From Chiloscyllium plagiosum (Eukaryota): a stretch of DNA of 64,000 nucleotides. The number at the start of each line of letters is the position of its first letter. Position 1 is the first letter of the stretch. The notes under the pieces were generated by a model. That model saw nothing but the letters and a program-made list of their open reading frames with translations. It did no database searches and was not told the DNA's origin. Positions 25,121-39,234 of the stretch are shown in pieces. The stretch spans positions 16,111,744 through 16,175,743 of the forward strand of contig NC_057719.1 in the NCBI RefSeq assembly GCF_004010195.1, read 5' to 3'. Both the position numbers and the translations under genes were made by a program.

Positions 25121-25693
25121 TTCCTCATAGTGTTGGTTTTAATGGAATGAAATTTGACAGGTTCAACAAAAGGCAGCAAGATCATTTGACTAGATCAGTA
25201 CTGAAGCAGTGAACATAATACTCCACCCCTAGATCTGTTCCCATAAATTAGAGGAAAGAAGGAAATGATGATGTGTACAACATCACTTTCATTTTTAGAT
25301 TAAGGTGCTCATCTAATCATGCTTCAAATCTCCAAATCTCTCCCTGATACCACTCCCTCAAACCTCTCCTATATACAAATTGGATTTATACTGTGTCTTT
25401 AACATAATTAATGTCTGGAAACACAATGAAAAAAATCAACCTGTATGCAATCAACAAAGTACTTAATTATGTGTGACGCACTTTGATGTCTAAGAAACAA
25501 GAATACCAATCCCCTGCTAATTGACAGATAACCAGTGGTAGATAAATAGAATGATTCTTCCATTCACAAGGTGATTGGAAGAGCTGTATTGTGGCAAAGC
25601 GGACTCTGAGCAATTTATGGGCAACCTGTATAATGACATACAGTTATCAAATGATGCAAGAACAAACAAAAACAAGTTAATGTTTCTCCTCCG

Positions 25694-25722
<29 letters not shown>
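25694..25722. repeat. (TA)n microsatellite
   Basis: Perfect TA run seen directly. Confidence 0.95.
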
Positions 25723-25725
<3 letters not shown>

Positions 25726-26065
25726 CATTAGCACAGTTTTGAAATGATTATAGATATAAAATTGTGTATGACTTCAATTAAATTCACAGTTGAGATATCA
25801 TCCACTGCTGTTGCTTGCTAATTATATGTATATGTTGTTGGTAAATATTTAACTGAAATAGTCATAAACATACACCATAAAATGAGGAAACATAGTGAAT
25901 ACAGCTTCTGCATTTCATGTAAACATAATTGTTTCTTTACTCTTTTTTTTAACCAAAGGTCAGAAAGTCATTTTAACTTTTGACAAGAGGCAACTCTACC
26001 AAGAAATCACATGATTGAAGTTAAATGACTCAATCAACTACCAAAGGATTGCTGAATGCTTACAA

Positions 26066-26254
26066 CATAGACAGGCCGGAGGCTGGGAGAACACAACAAG
26101 CCAGGCAGCATCAGAAGGTGGAGAAGACAACGGTTTGGGTGAACACCATAACGTTGACTTCACCTCCTGACGCTGCCTGGCTTGCTGTGTTCTTCCAGCC
26201 TCCTGCCTGTCTACTTTGGATTCCAGCATCTGCAGTAATTTTGTCTCTAACCAA
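26066..26254. mobile_element. Palindromic PLE-terminal-repeat-like insertion (family E)
   Basis: About 70-bp inverted arms; flanks GAATGCTTACAA (26054-26065) and GAATGCTCACAA (26255-26266). Shares the GATTCCAGCATCTGCAG tail with family A. Confidence 0.7.
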
Positions 26255-27977
26255 GAATGCTCACAAAAGTGGCAAAGCTACAAAGCATGGATGCAGAGAG
26301 GTGGGAGAACAATAAGAAAGACATTGGTTTACATTTTCACTGGGTGGTGGATTGTCCCATTATGGCTTTTAGATGGAGTAGATTTCAATGGAATGAAATT
26401 TGACAGATTCATGTTTCTGGTAGATAGATTGCCCTGCACTACTTGTAGGTTGCTTTCAGAAGAAGAGAAATCATCCTAGCAGAAGGGCAGGTTTTTTTTA
26501 ATTTTAAGAAGACTTCAGACTATGAGGCTTTAGTTTGTAACAAATTTCAGGTTGCGACATTTTATAGAACTCTCTAGGCTGTCAGAATTGAAAACAAATC
26601 TTCAGGACTTCAGAGCTTGGAGTAAAGAAATCTTAAGCTGCTTCAGCAGCTATCTTCAGCAGTCCAAGGAGAAAGACTGAAAAGAATTATTTAAGGTAGA
26701 AATCAAAGTAGGATTAATACTTCACTGGGATTGATTGTCTGTAAAATGCATTGCTGGGAAAGAGGCTGAATCTTTCCATTTGCTGTTTATGTCAAGATCT
26801 TTCCATATTGTCATTTTATCATATGAACAGTTGCGAGAAGTAGCAGCATTTTATGAATTATCAGAATTACTAATTAAAATGAGAATCTTGTCATTTCCAT
26901 TTTAAGCTTTCACAATGTTTGTGATTTTTGTTAGGGTTTTAATTTTGAGAAATACTCTTTGTTAAATAAAAATGAGTTTTTCCTGCAATGGCAGAAATTC
27001 TTGCCTTAACTTTTGCACAGATGGAGAGGCTCTTACCAAACATAGTATAGGAGGCTGAAATACAGAGGTCTTGCTCCCTAAACTGGTCTCTACCATTTCT
27101 GAAATGGCTGGTTTGGGGAGGAGCAGGTTGAACAGTACCAGGCTGTAATTTGCACTTAGCTCATAGAGGCAACTAGATATTTAAAGTACATATGCTTTCC
27201 ATAAGTTTTAATGGTAGGTTGGTCAAGATATGACATGTGCACTTCAGATGTAACGAGAGAAGTTCTAAAGTTACTGGTTTCTTTGAAGAGGTATAGTAAT
27301 CCTTTTGGAGATGGTCTCTAAACATGTTTGGAAGAGATCAGTTGCTCTTTGACAGAGGTAAGATGATCTTTTTGGATTGATCGAAGTAGACATGAATATA
27401 ATTAAGATGTGGATAAACTCATTGGAAATGTCCAGCTCATTGGATCTGTTAGACGTCTTTCAGCGGAGCCATTAGAGCATTTACATATCTTGTCCTGCTA
27501 TTTAACTCTGTCTTCTGACACACGTTTGAAGGCTATCATCAAAGTGTAAGCATCAACCTATCAACATCTCAGTCAGCTGCCTGTCAGTTCAGATTTAATG
27601 ACAGTTCCAAATGATTATGAAGTTTTTGAAATGGGTCTATGAACACAAGTGCTAGTTTTAATAAAGGATTAAACATTTGAAGGAAGTTAAACGCACTGAA
27701 TGATTTTTCATTGAGAGCACTGTTTTGGAATAGTGAAGTTATCAATAGTTGCTTATGAAATGTATCTACCACAGTAATTTGATTTGATTTATTGTTGTCA
27801 CATATACCTAAGAACAGTGAAAAGTTTTGTTTTGTGAACAGTACAAGCAGATCATAACATACAAGGACATACAGATCATAGGGTATTTAGACAGAGAGAG
27901 GCATACAAAGTTATGGCCACACAGAAGGTACATAAAAGATAAACATCAGATTTGAAATTAGAGAGGTCCATTCAGTA

Positions 27978-28098
27978 TGATTCCTGAAGAAGAGCTTATG
28001 CCTGAAACGTCGATTCTCCTGCTCCTTTGATGCTGCGCTTTTCCAGCAACACATTTTTCAGTTCTGATCTCCAGCATCTGCAGTCCTCACTTTCTCCT
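27978..28098 (+). mobile_element. Solo family-A PLE repeat with hammerhead motif
   Basis: ATTC-CTGAAGA-AGAGC-TTAT-GCCT-GAAACGTC; TSD AGGTCCA(T/C)TCAGTA at 27964-27977 and 28099-28112. Confidence 0.82.
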
Positions 28099-29399
28099 AG
28101 GTCCACTCAGTAGTCAAATAACAGCAGGGAAGCTGTTTGTGAGCCCATTGGCATGTGTGTTTAAGCTTCTGTATCTTCTGCCTGATAGAAGAGGTTGGAA
28201 GAGAGTATTACTGGGGTGGGAGGGTCTTTGATGATGTTGGCAGCAACGGCAATGAGAAGTGTGGGTGGAAGGTTGGCTTGAGTGGTGGTCTGGGCTGTGT
28301 ACACAACTTTCTGTAGTTTCTGACGGTCCTAGGCAGAGCTATTGCCATACCAGCTCGTTATGTATCCAAATAGGCTGGATCTGTTAATCTGAGTCATGAT
28401 ATTACTTCCATTTCCCCAGTCTGTATTCACTTGTATGGAATTTGTATGGTTTGTGTAAATTGGCTGCTGTGTTCCCTACATCACAACAGTGACTATACTT
28501 CCTAAACAGTTCATTAGCTATAGAGGGCTTAGAACATCCGGAGGTCATGAAATATATTGTATAAATTCAGGAGTTTTTCTGCAAGACTAAATGTTTTGTT
28601 CTGTAATTGCTCAATCTACTTTTATAGGGAGTGGAGCTAAATCTACCACCCATCATTCACTTCTACATCCGTTAATTTTCTTTAATTACCTCTGATCCTT
28701 GCCACTGCTGCCCTAAAAGGAAATAAACTCACCAACTGAAAGTGTAATTAGAATAAAGATATATTGGTTTTTGAGGCTGAGGCTTCATTTCGATTATATT
28801 TCCATTTAGGAGTCTTGTGAGTAAGCAAAAAGAATCTGTAATCGCAACAAATCAGAAATATAAAGAAGATGCTGAAATAAACAATGAGGCAGAAGGATTA
28901 AAGCTAAGGCAGATTAAAGCTTCTGATGTAAATGTTTCAGGATAAACATCTCAAGTAGGGAATATCATTCTTTCCTTTCACTGATCTGTGTAGTTTTGTA
29001 TGCAAATTCCCAAAATCAAAACCTGCTTCCTGTCTAATTTCCTGTACGATGAATGGGAGAGATCCGCGAATAGAACCAGGCAGTGACTCAAAGAAATGTC
29101 AGCAACATCTCTGACCTACACAAGGTTTTTGACAAGAGACACAGTCATTGCTAATGTGTGATACAGTCTAGAAGTTGTTGATTGAACACTTCCAGTTTAA
29201 TTGTGCACAGGTCACACGCTGACCTGCAGGCAGGAAACATGGATGTTTTCACACAGTTGATTAATTACTTGGGATTTACAATTTAAAAACAAGCCTTTGT
29301 TTCAACACCTCCATGCTGCTATTTATGTTTCACATGAGTCTCCTCCACTGTTGCTTCCTCTCACCTTATGTATATATTGCTATTCCTTTCATGTTTTAT

Positions 29400-30900
29400 C
29401 TATCTTTTCCCTTACTCTCCAAAGTCTTTGAGAAAGTTGCCACCCCTCAAACCACATCCATCTTTTCAAGAACTTCATATTTGAATCCCTCCAGTCAGGT
29501 TTCTTCCACCATTATGATACTTTGCAAAGTCATTAGCACATTCTTAATAATGGTGATGAAGGTAACCTATCTTCTTAAAGTAAAATCATTCACTGTCAAC
29601 CAACTGAGTGAGATTGCTTTCATTTGGCTCCATTCTTATTCATCCAATTATAGCCATTTACAAAGGTTTCACTTGCTGCTCCCACAGGGTTACTTCTGGT
29701 GTCCTGCAATGGCTGTCCTTAGACCCATAGTATTTTCTAATCACCATGATGCCTCTCAAGGACATCAACCAATGGTGTTTAATTTTGGTTTTCACACGTA
29801 CGTTGATCAGACTCAGCTTGATCTCACCTCCAGGACTCTCAACTCATAGAATCCCTACAAAGTGCAGAAAGGGCCCATTTGGCCTATTGAGTTCGCATTG
29901 ACCTTCCGAAGACCATCCTAGCCAGATTGATGCCATTCCCACATTTACCACCTATCCTGCACATTACAGGGCAATTTAGCATAGATAATCCACTTAATCT
30001 GCACATCTTTGGCTGCAGAAGGAAACCCAAGCAGATGCAGGGAGAATGAGCAAACACTATGAAGACAGTCACCTAAGGCTGGAATTGAACCCAGGTCCCT
30101 GGCACTGCGAAGCAGCAATGCTAACCAGTGAGCTATCATGTCACCCCAACTCCTCCACTAAACTGAGAGACAATTTACCTGACATTGAGTACTGGATGAA
30201 TAGAAGTTTCCTCCAATTAAATAGTGGGAAGACTAAAGCTATGTCTTTGGCCCCGATTCCCAATCTCTGGTCCCTAACTACAAACTCTAGCCTTCTCCCA
30301 GTCACAATCTGAGGCTAAACCAAATGATTCGCAATCTCGGTGTCGTACCTGACTCTGAGATGGGTTTCAGACCACATCGCTGCTCAATCAGTAAGACAAT
30401 TTATTTTGTTCCCATATCATCATTCCACTGCTGCTGTTCAATCCATTACCCATGTCTTTGTTACCTCTCGATTTGACAAATCCTATGCAGCCCTGGCTGA
30501 CCTCTCATATTCCACCTTTCTCTTAACTTGAGATGATCAGGCCTCTACTGACTATTTTCTAAGTCACAACAAATTTTATTCATGAATAAGCCATGTGCTC
30601 ACTTACCAACACTGGCTCCCTGCCAAGCAACACCTAAATTTCAGAATTCCCATCCTTCTCTTTAAATTCCCCCCCGGCCTCATCCCTCCTTATCTCTGTA
30701 AGCTCCTCAAGCCCCACAGCTCTCTGAAACATCTGCACTCGTTCCATTCTGGCCGCTTGGTGTAGCAAACAAAATTAGGAATACCCATCAGTGCTGTGCC
30801 TTCAGCTGCCTGGGCCCTAACCACAAGAATTTCCTGAGCAAAGCTCTCTCCTCTCCACCTCATTTTCTTCTTTTGAGGTTCTCCTTTAAACCTACTTGAT
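29400..30900 (+). mobile_element. Degenerate L2-like LINE with nested HE1 SINE
   Basis: Decayed motifs LSKVFEKV, FHTYVDQTQL, WMNRSFLQLNSGKT and HVFVTSRFD, typical of L2-clade RT. Confidence 0.75.
29845..30142 (-). mobile_element. HE1-type SINE
   Basis: Reverse complement of the 20618-20928 family with A and B boxes. Confidence 0.85.
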
Positions 30901-31011
30901 TGTTCAAGCAAAAAGAAAATAAATATATCCTCATATTATCTTATGTGCTTTAGTGTATAATTTTACTTCACACTGAACCCAAAGAATTCTTTGGGATATG
31001 GGGGTTCTGAG

Positions 31012-31282
31012 TTTAGATTAGATTCCTTACAGTGTGAAAGTCCACACCGACCCTCCGAAGAGTAACCCACCCAGACCCATTTCCCTCAGACTAATGCACC
31101 TAACACTATGACTGTGTGTGATGTATGTCTGGTTATGTGGAGTTTGCACATTCTCTCTGTGGCTGTGTGGGTTTCCTCACACAGTCCAAAGATGTGCAGG
31201 TTAGGTGAATTGGCCATGCTAAATTGCCCATTGTGTTCACGGATGTGTAGGTTAGGTGCATTAGTCAGGGGTAAATGTAGGG
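31012..31282. mobile_element. Rearranged HE1 SINE (3' part on minus strand, core on plus strand)
   Basis: 31012-31110 is the reverse complement of the HE1 tail; 31110-31282 is the HE1 core in forward orientation. Confidence 0.75.
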
Positions 31283-31817
31283 CAGGGGAGCCATATTAAT
31301 CTAAGTTGTTAGCATTTAAACATCTGTGCTATTCATCTCATTTGTGCCATGTTCCACATTCTAACCACTCTCTAATTAAAGAAGCTTATCTTGAATTTCT
31401 TCCTGACTATCTTAGACTTATGACTTCCAGTTTTGGATTCTCACATAACTAGAAACATCTTTTCCATACTTTCATAAATTTTCAGTCAGCTATCAACTTT
31501 CTCATATCAGAAGACCAAACACAGCCTTTTCCGTCTTTATTTATCGTTATAAGCTCTCCACTCTGAAAGCCTTCCTCCAGTTTTGTTTTGCACCTTTTCC
31601 AGTGTCCCTATATAAAAGAGGGGCAAGATTCAAGTCATTATTAATGATACATTATTGAAATGTATCAATAATGTATTGATCAAAGACAAAGACAGAGACA
31701 TGTAATGTAGACACAATCCTAATTAGTAACTATTCAAAATGCATTTGAGGTACAGACGCCGTGTGAACACTTTTTATAGACAATAACCCTATTTTAAAAG
31801 TTAAATATTCAACTGTA

Positions 31818-32125
31818 TTGGCATAGTGGCTCAGAGGTGCCTCATAGTGCCAAGGACCCAGGTTCGATTCCAGCCTCAGGCGACTGGCTGTATGGAGTTT
31901 GCACATTATCCCTGTGGCTGTGTGGGTTTCCTCCCACAGTCCAAAGATGTGCAGGTTAGGTGAATTGGCCACGCTAAATTGCCCGTTGTGTTCAAGGATG
32001 TGTAGGTTAGGTGCATTAGTCAGGGGTAAATGTAGGGGAATGCATCTACATGGGATAATGTTTGGAGGGTCGGTGTGGACTTGTTGGGTGAAATGGCCTG
32101 TTTCCACACTGTAGGGATTTTATGA
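31818..32125 (+). mobile_element. HE1-type SINE
   Basis: TGGCTCAG, GGTTCGATTCC, core and tail as in the other copies. Confidence 0.88.
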
Positions 32126-34982
32126 TATTAAGTTCCATCCAAGTAGTATCATACATAATGACAAAGCCAATCTGATCTGCACAGCTACTGTGCCTCTAAG
32201 CTTCATGGAAATATTGTTGGAAATACATTTGCAGTGTCATACTGTGTGTATGACAGATGCCCTGTGAATTCCAGCTGATGTTGCTGTCACTAAAAGATAA
32301 ATCCAGCCTTCAAGTATAAGGTCTTGATGTAGCCTAACGATGATCGCTGTTAACATAAAGATTGTGAATTCAAATCCCACTTTGGTAAAGAATGAAACTG
32401 AATTCAACAAAACTAATCATTAGAAAAGGAAAATGGAAGCTGCTAGATGGCTGTAAAACCCTCCTTAATTCATTAATGTCCTTCTGTGAAGGGAACCTTC
32501 TGTTTTCACCTAGTCGGGCCTACATGTCACTCCTTACGTAGTTCAACCCTAACAGGGAAATGAAGAGTAAATAATGGATACAGCTTTGTCAAAAATGCTT
32601 ATAACGTCTATAAGATGCAACGGTTTAGGAGTTCCTTCTATGAACACCAATGGACTAACTAAACTTTGCTAAACATATATTGGTCATCTTCCTCTCTTGC
32701 CAACTATATATGGCAGTTTGAAGTATTTGTCCATCAGTAAAGCTCAGGATAGCAAAGAGAAATATGCTGCTGTCAGACAACACTGATTGAAAGGGTTTAC
32801 TGGTGCGAAACGTGAGAACAGTTTGTATGAATTAAGTGTCTCCAGTTCTTCAGCAAATCAGCAAATGCAGTTGTACAGCACATTGGTAACTACAACATGT
32901 GCCAAATTGCATGATTATTCACAATACATGTTAAATGTTTTTGCTGGAGCTTCATTCTATTTACAGTTTGAAAGAACCACCAATTTGAGGTTTTTAATGA
33001 AGGTTAGGCTAACAGAACTAATGACAGATTGGTTAGACAAAAGAAAGTAGATGGTTAATGAATCATAAAGTTGTAGTTGGATGGAGATGACTAGTAGATT
33101 CATTTATGCATTCCTTATGCTATTCACGTTATTCAAAAATAGCTTAAGGTTGAGTATTCATTAACTGCTTTAATGTTCGAAGAAAGTACCAAAGGGCTAC
33201 GAAGGGATAATGAGATAAAACTGACAAAAAAGTGAAAGATGATGACATAATGAGGGCTGACCAAAAGTTTAAACAAAGAGTTGATTGTTGAAGTTTGTTT
33301 TGTAAAGGAGAAGCAATGGAATAATCAGAAAATTTGCACCCAGGCAGCCTGGAACCATTACTTAGGCAGCACCAAACACACTTTTGAATTATTTATTATT
33401 TGGTTTGAATAAAGAATCCAGGACAACCCAAAACCAGTGATTTTTTTAAACTTTGAGAATGAATTGAGATTGCGCAGGGTCGTGTTTATTTTTTGTGTTA
33501 TCTTCTGTCGGAGAAATTTGCCCAATAGGTTAGATGACAGTCTGTACAGGTAGATCAGATTTCTCTTCCCAGAACTGAGCATGAGACCAGTTTTATAATA
33601 ATGCTGCATAATAACACTGATTAAGAAATGGGAAACTACAATGCATCTGGAAATGGAGTAATCTAGTTGTAAGGATGCTAATTAGAAAACAAAAATCGGA
33701 TGAATGTCCTGTTCCTTCACACAATGCAACATCCTGACAGTATCAATGTTCCATTCCTCTTTATAGATAGGTGTTAATGGTTCCTCTGAAGTGGTGAGGT
33801 GCTTCCATTGTCCTGTTCCTGGAGCATGCCCTTGCTGGTGCCTCTCTGTCTGACCTGCTCTTTGTGTGGCTTTGGTATTGCTGGGTTGTGAAACTGCCCT
33901 TGGGGTTTTGAGATATTTGTTGTGCTCTGTCATTGTTAGTGGGAGCTTGAAGTGTATTGCTTTGTCTGCGTGGGTCTGATTCGGCTTGTGAGCTGCTTGG
34001 GAATTCTGGGTGTTTTGGTACAGTTTGGCCAATTTTGCTTTTGTGGGCCTATCGTGGGTTAGCAAATCTTTTCCCATATCTTCAGAGAGATTAAGCAGGG
34101 GAATTCTACAGAACCATAAATGAGTGGGCAGAATCCATTAAGAGGAGGTGGGGAGCAATGTTGTTGAGAATGAGCTCATGTAACTTTTTTTTAATCCTCT
34201 AGTCCTGCTTAATCTTTTTCACCAGTGTAGAAGTACAATGCTTTAAAAAAAATCAATTATCGGAAGTAAATTTTCAGATGAATCTGAAGTATCTAAATAT
34301 TTGGAACAGATTATCCTCTTGCTTCATTTTTAAATATTCTTGCAACACTGACAAAGCTGCATCAGAGTCACTTCTAATTGCCTGATTGAAAATGAACAGG
34401 TGAACCACAATGTGAGGCATATACATCAGACAAGATAAGGGATCATAGAGTGCAGTGGCAGTGTTCCTAGCTCTGAGTTAGAAGATCTGGATTCAAATCA
34501 CCCCTGCTATAGAGGTGTGTCATAAGGAGAGATATATTTAGTCTCGACAAGTTAAAGACGACAGCTTTTCTTTACAAATGATAGTAACAAACTCAGAGTA
34601 CTGCAAACGCTGGAGACGTTTAGCAGGCCTCACTGCAACTAGGCAGACAGAAACAAAGTTAACACTGAGTCAAAATTAACTTTAAACATTAAACTCAGTT
34701 TGTCATTCCACAGATGCTGTTGGATTTGCTGAGCATCTCAGGCACTATATGTTCTTATCACACGAGCAATCTAGTTGAGTATTTATAATAATCCAGAACC
34801 TTCCAAAGTCCATTTCCAAAACCAAACTTCTTGAAGTCAAATTCACAGTTTATCAAAACTGGATTTGAACTCACAACCTTCAGATTTCTAACATTACAAG
34901 ATGGCCCAGGGCTTATATTTTAATCTCCATTTTTAAAACGAAACCCTTCTTTCTGTGTACCTGTAAGAGGATCTGGAGTGTA

Positions 34983-35194
34983 GTGTTGGTTCTGATATAA
35001 TGCGACAGTTCTGTTTTCGTGCAATTTCGTGCTACGAGAAACTCGCGCAATAGCAGTATCATTTTAATTGATGGGGCTGGAATCACATTATAGCCAATAG
35101 TCAAGTTTGCATTCTACAAACAATGATCTAAATTCTTAAATCACGTTAAAGTCGATTCGTGTTGAATTAACACACATTATAGCAGAACTGACTA
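34983..35194. mobile_element. Tigger/pogo-like MITE
   Basis: Imperfect TIRs GTTGGTTCTGATATAATGCG and CACATTATAGCAGAACTGAC, ending at TA. Confidence 0.65.
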
Positions 35195-35559
35195 TATTAT
35201 CTAACTCCTAACATATAGACACATGGAGATAAACAGACTCTTCTTCAACCTCTTCTCTTGTTCTTCTTCCTATTGCCACCTTCCTTATTTGCCGAAAACC
35301 TCCAACTTTTTCCCATTCTGAAGAAGAAATATTACAGAGCTGAGAAGATAACTCAGTTTCTCGCTCACACAGATGTGCCCAGACCTACAATATTTTGCAG
35401 TGTTTACTGTTTTTTGGTCCAGATTCTCAGCATCACCTTATCTTGTTTTTTGTACTGTCTACTTCCCCGGTTTAACAACTACACCAGTTAAGACTGCTGC
35501 TAATACCATATACTTGATATAACCACAAGTTGTAAAGAAAGGTTAGATAGGCTATGACA

Positions 35560-35950
35560 TTTTTTCACTGACGTGTAGGAAGTTGAGAAGCCACCTTATA
35601 GATGTTGTAAAATAATGAGGGGTATATATAGAGTTAATGGTAGTTGTCTTTTCCCTTGTTTGGGGGATTTCAAGACTAGAGAGCACATTTTTAAGGTGAG
35701 AGGGGAGACACTTAAAAAAGACATGAGAGGCATTTTTTTTTCTACACACAGGTGGTCCACGTGTAGAATGAACTTCCAGATGGATGATGATACAATTAAA
35801 ATGTTTAAAAAACAGTTGGATAAGTACATGAAAAGGAAAGGTTTGGAGAGATATGGGCCAGGAGCAAGCAGGTAGGACTAGTTTAGCTTGGGATTATGGT
35901 TGGCATGGACTGTAAGACTGAAGTGTCTGTTTGACTCTGTGGCTCTGTAC
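35560..35950 (+). mobile_element. CR1 LINE 3' fragment
   Basis: MRGIYRVN...KTREHIFKVRGE...FKKQLDKYM plus CR1 3' UTR. Confidence 0.85.
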
Positions 35951-37130
35951 TTGATATAACCACTACATATTATGTATTAGATATAACTATATATAGTAAA
36001 CTCAAATCCAGTTAAATCATTGTACTCAAATATACTGAGTCTGGATGGTTTAAACACTGCTTCTCAATTCCTTGCACTACAGTCCCTTCTTTAATCCATG
36101 TTCCAGTCAAATGCTAAAAATGGAAAACAGCTTGTCAGTCACCCGCCAAATTCATTGGCTCAACTACAGGTACATTTCAATGTACTGTTGGTACAGTAGG
36201 AAAGTAGTTTCAAAAAGAGGAGGTCCAAACATTGCTGAATATCTCCAGAGCCTGCTCCAGAATGTTTCTGGAGGAGAACTTTGCAAGCAAATACACAGAA
36301 TGCTGGAGAAACGCCACCAGAAACAAAAGTGAGGACCCCCAACAAAACATGGTAAAGCTAAAAGTTCATGTTAAAAAAACTAGCTCTATTGTGCATGTAG
36401 TTTTTGTTGGCCCACGTTAAGGCACCAATCATCACTCACTGTTAAAGCTTTAATACAAGGATACTGTAAATCAATAATCATCGCTCAAATGGTTTCCATT
36501 CACTTTACGATACTTTTGATTTCATAGTTCACACAATAGATTACTGGTGCTGTAATCTTATCAGTAAATTTAACTGACGTCAAAACATGCAAGTAAAGCA
36601 ACAATTCACAATGGCAATCTGAATCCAAGACTAACTCTTGGTTTAGAGATTTATTTTAGTTTTGATTCCACTGTGGAATGAATAATAATGCTTTATTTCC
36701 AGTAAGCCTCCACCTACAGGTGGGAGGGCAGTCAGGAATGAGCAGGTATTTCTTCTCCTTCATTGACAGTGCATAAATGTCACAAGCGTAGTCATTTTTC
36801 CCCATTCCTAATTGTCCTTGAGAAATTAGTGCTCAATCACCTTCTCGAGCCTAGTGTGTATCGACTGCGTGGTTCACTGAGCCATTTGAAAAGGGGTTAT
36901 GATCTACCATGCTTTTGTGGGTTTCCAGGCACCTATAGATCAAACCATTTCCTTTCCTAACAGGCATTAGTGAATTAGTTGAATTTCTATGACAATCTTG
37001 AGTTACAATTACTAATGCCAATTTTATAATGCTAGATTTATTTAATGAACTGAATTTCGCAAGTGCAATGGCAGAATTTGAATTTACAAGTTTTCGTCTG
37101 CATTACTAATCCAGCAGCACAATGAGCACT

Positions 37131-38165
37131 GGGAGAAAGTGAGGACTGCAGATGCTGGAGATCAGAGTCGAGAGTATGATTCTGGAAAAGCACAGCTGGT
37201 CAAGCAGCATCGGAGGAGCAGGATAATCAACGTTTCGAGCATAAGCTCCTCATCAGGAATGAGGCTTGTGGGGCCAAGGGGGCTAAGAGATAAATGGGAG
37301 GGGGTGGGGTTTGAGGGCGGAGTTTCTGTCCTTGTTGTGGTTGGAGGGGTGGGGTTTGAGGGTGGAGTTGTGGGAAGTGGAGGGCATCATCAACCATGTG
37401 GAAGGGGAAACTGTGGCATTTATAGAAGGAGCCAATCTTCTAGGTTCTGTGGTGGAACTGGTTCTCCTGGGAGAAGATGCAGCGGGGGCAAAGGAATTGG
37501 AAATAAGGGATAGCATTATTCCCAATTCCTCTGCCTCCACCGCATCTGCTCCCAGGAAGACCAATTCCATCACTGAACACAACCATATATCCTCCTTCCC
37601 TCCTGGAACCTTCCCCTGCCACCACAAGAATTGCAAAATCTGCGCCCACACCTCCCCCCTTTACTCTGTCCAAGCCCCCAAAGGAGCCTTCCACTTCCAT
37701 CAGAGATTTACCTGTACTTCCTTACACATCATTTACTGTGTCCATTGCTCCCGATGTGGTCTCCTCTACATTAGGAAGACAGGACACCTACTTGCGGAAC
37801 GCTTCAGAGAACATCTCTGGGACACACACACAAAAAAACCCCACTGCCCTGTGGCTGAATACTTTAACTCCCCCTCCCAGTCCCATAAAGACATGCAGGT
37901 CCTAAGCTGCCTCCATTGCTAATTCCTTACCACCCCACACCTGGAGGAAGAATCCCTCATCTTCCATCTTGAGACTCTCCAACTACATGGGATCAATGTG
38001 GATTTCACCAGTTTCCTCATTTCCCCTCCCCCCACATTATCCCAGATCCAACCTTCCAACTCAGCATCACCCTCATAACCTGTCCTACCTGCCCATCTTC
38101 CTTCCCACCTATCCGATCCAACCTTCTCTCCGACCTATCACCTTCACTCCCACCTCCATTGTACT
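37131..38165. mobile_element. Penelope-like element remnant: minus-strand terminal repeat and RT piece joined to plus-strand GIY-YIG region
   Basis: ORF 37311-37922 reads PCHHKNCKICAH...FTCTSLHIIYCVHCSRCGLLYIRKTGHLLAERFREH. Hammerhead motif at about 37226-37260 (-). Confidence 0.9.
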
Positions 38166-39234
38166 CATAGGACTATCTTGGCATATATACTGGGAGCAGC
38201 AGGGTGAACAGAATCTTCCACAACATGCATGGGATTGTAACTCAGAGTAATAGGATACCTCCTAACCTTCAAATTAATAATGGCCATGATTTGTGAGATG
38301 GTGTATTATCGAGTCAGAGAATATTGGTCAGCCTTAGGTAGCTTGCTCAGAATGAGTAAAGGTTAAATTTATCAGGAATATGGTGAGGGTGGAGGATTTA
38401 ACAGTTAAAAAAATATGCTTTTTAACCACACTTATGTAGAATTTTTATGATCTCGGGAGTTTCAAATATCTTAAAACCTTCTAATTTCTGTAGATGTGTG
38501 GTCATTGTTGAAATGCAGAGTAAGGAAGCCAATTCGCAGACAGAACATTCCCACCTCAAGGTAAATAACCTGATCATCTGTTTCTAGTGACATTGCTTGA
38601 GGGATAAATATTGGCCAGCACACCAGGACCTCCTTCAATCTTTGAATGCAATCTTCCGAGTTTTTCCAAGAGAGTATATGAGGCTTTGCTATAATGTCTC
38701 ATCTAAAAGACAGGTTGTTAGTGTAGGCCTTGGCCTTATTACTAGACTATTAATCCAGTGACCCAAATAATGTTCTGGGGTCCTGGGTTTAAATCCCATC
38801 ATGTCAGGTAGTGAAGTTTGAATTCAATAAAAATCTGGAATTAAGAATCTAATGATGACCATGAAACCATTGCTAATTGTCAGGAAAATCCAGTTGGATC
38901 ACTAACGTTCTTCAAGGAAGGAAGCTGCTGGTCTGAGCTTCATGTGTCTCCATGCCCATGCATTGTGGTTGAACCTTAAATGTCCTCTGAGCAATAGGAA
39001 TGGGCCTAGCTGTAAGTGTAGGCCTAGCCAGCAACACCCTAATCCTGTGAACAATCTTTTTTATAAAATGGTTATGGCAAAAGTGGTTTTGGTACTGGAT
39101 TAGCCAATAATGGGGTTGCGATTTCAAAGCTCAAATTGAATTGAATAAGTCACTTGTTCATCACTTATGCCTATGAGTGTCTAGTTTGGCAATGTCACTG
39201 ACAATCAGCACTCAATGTAAAATAAGCCTGAGAT

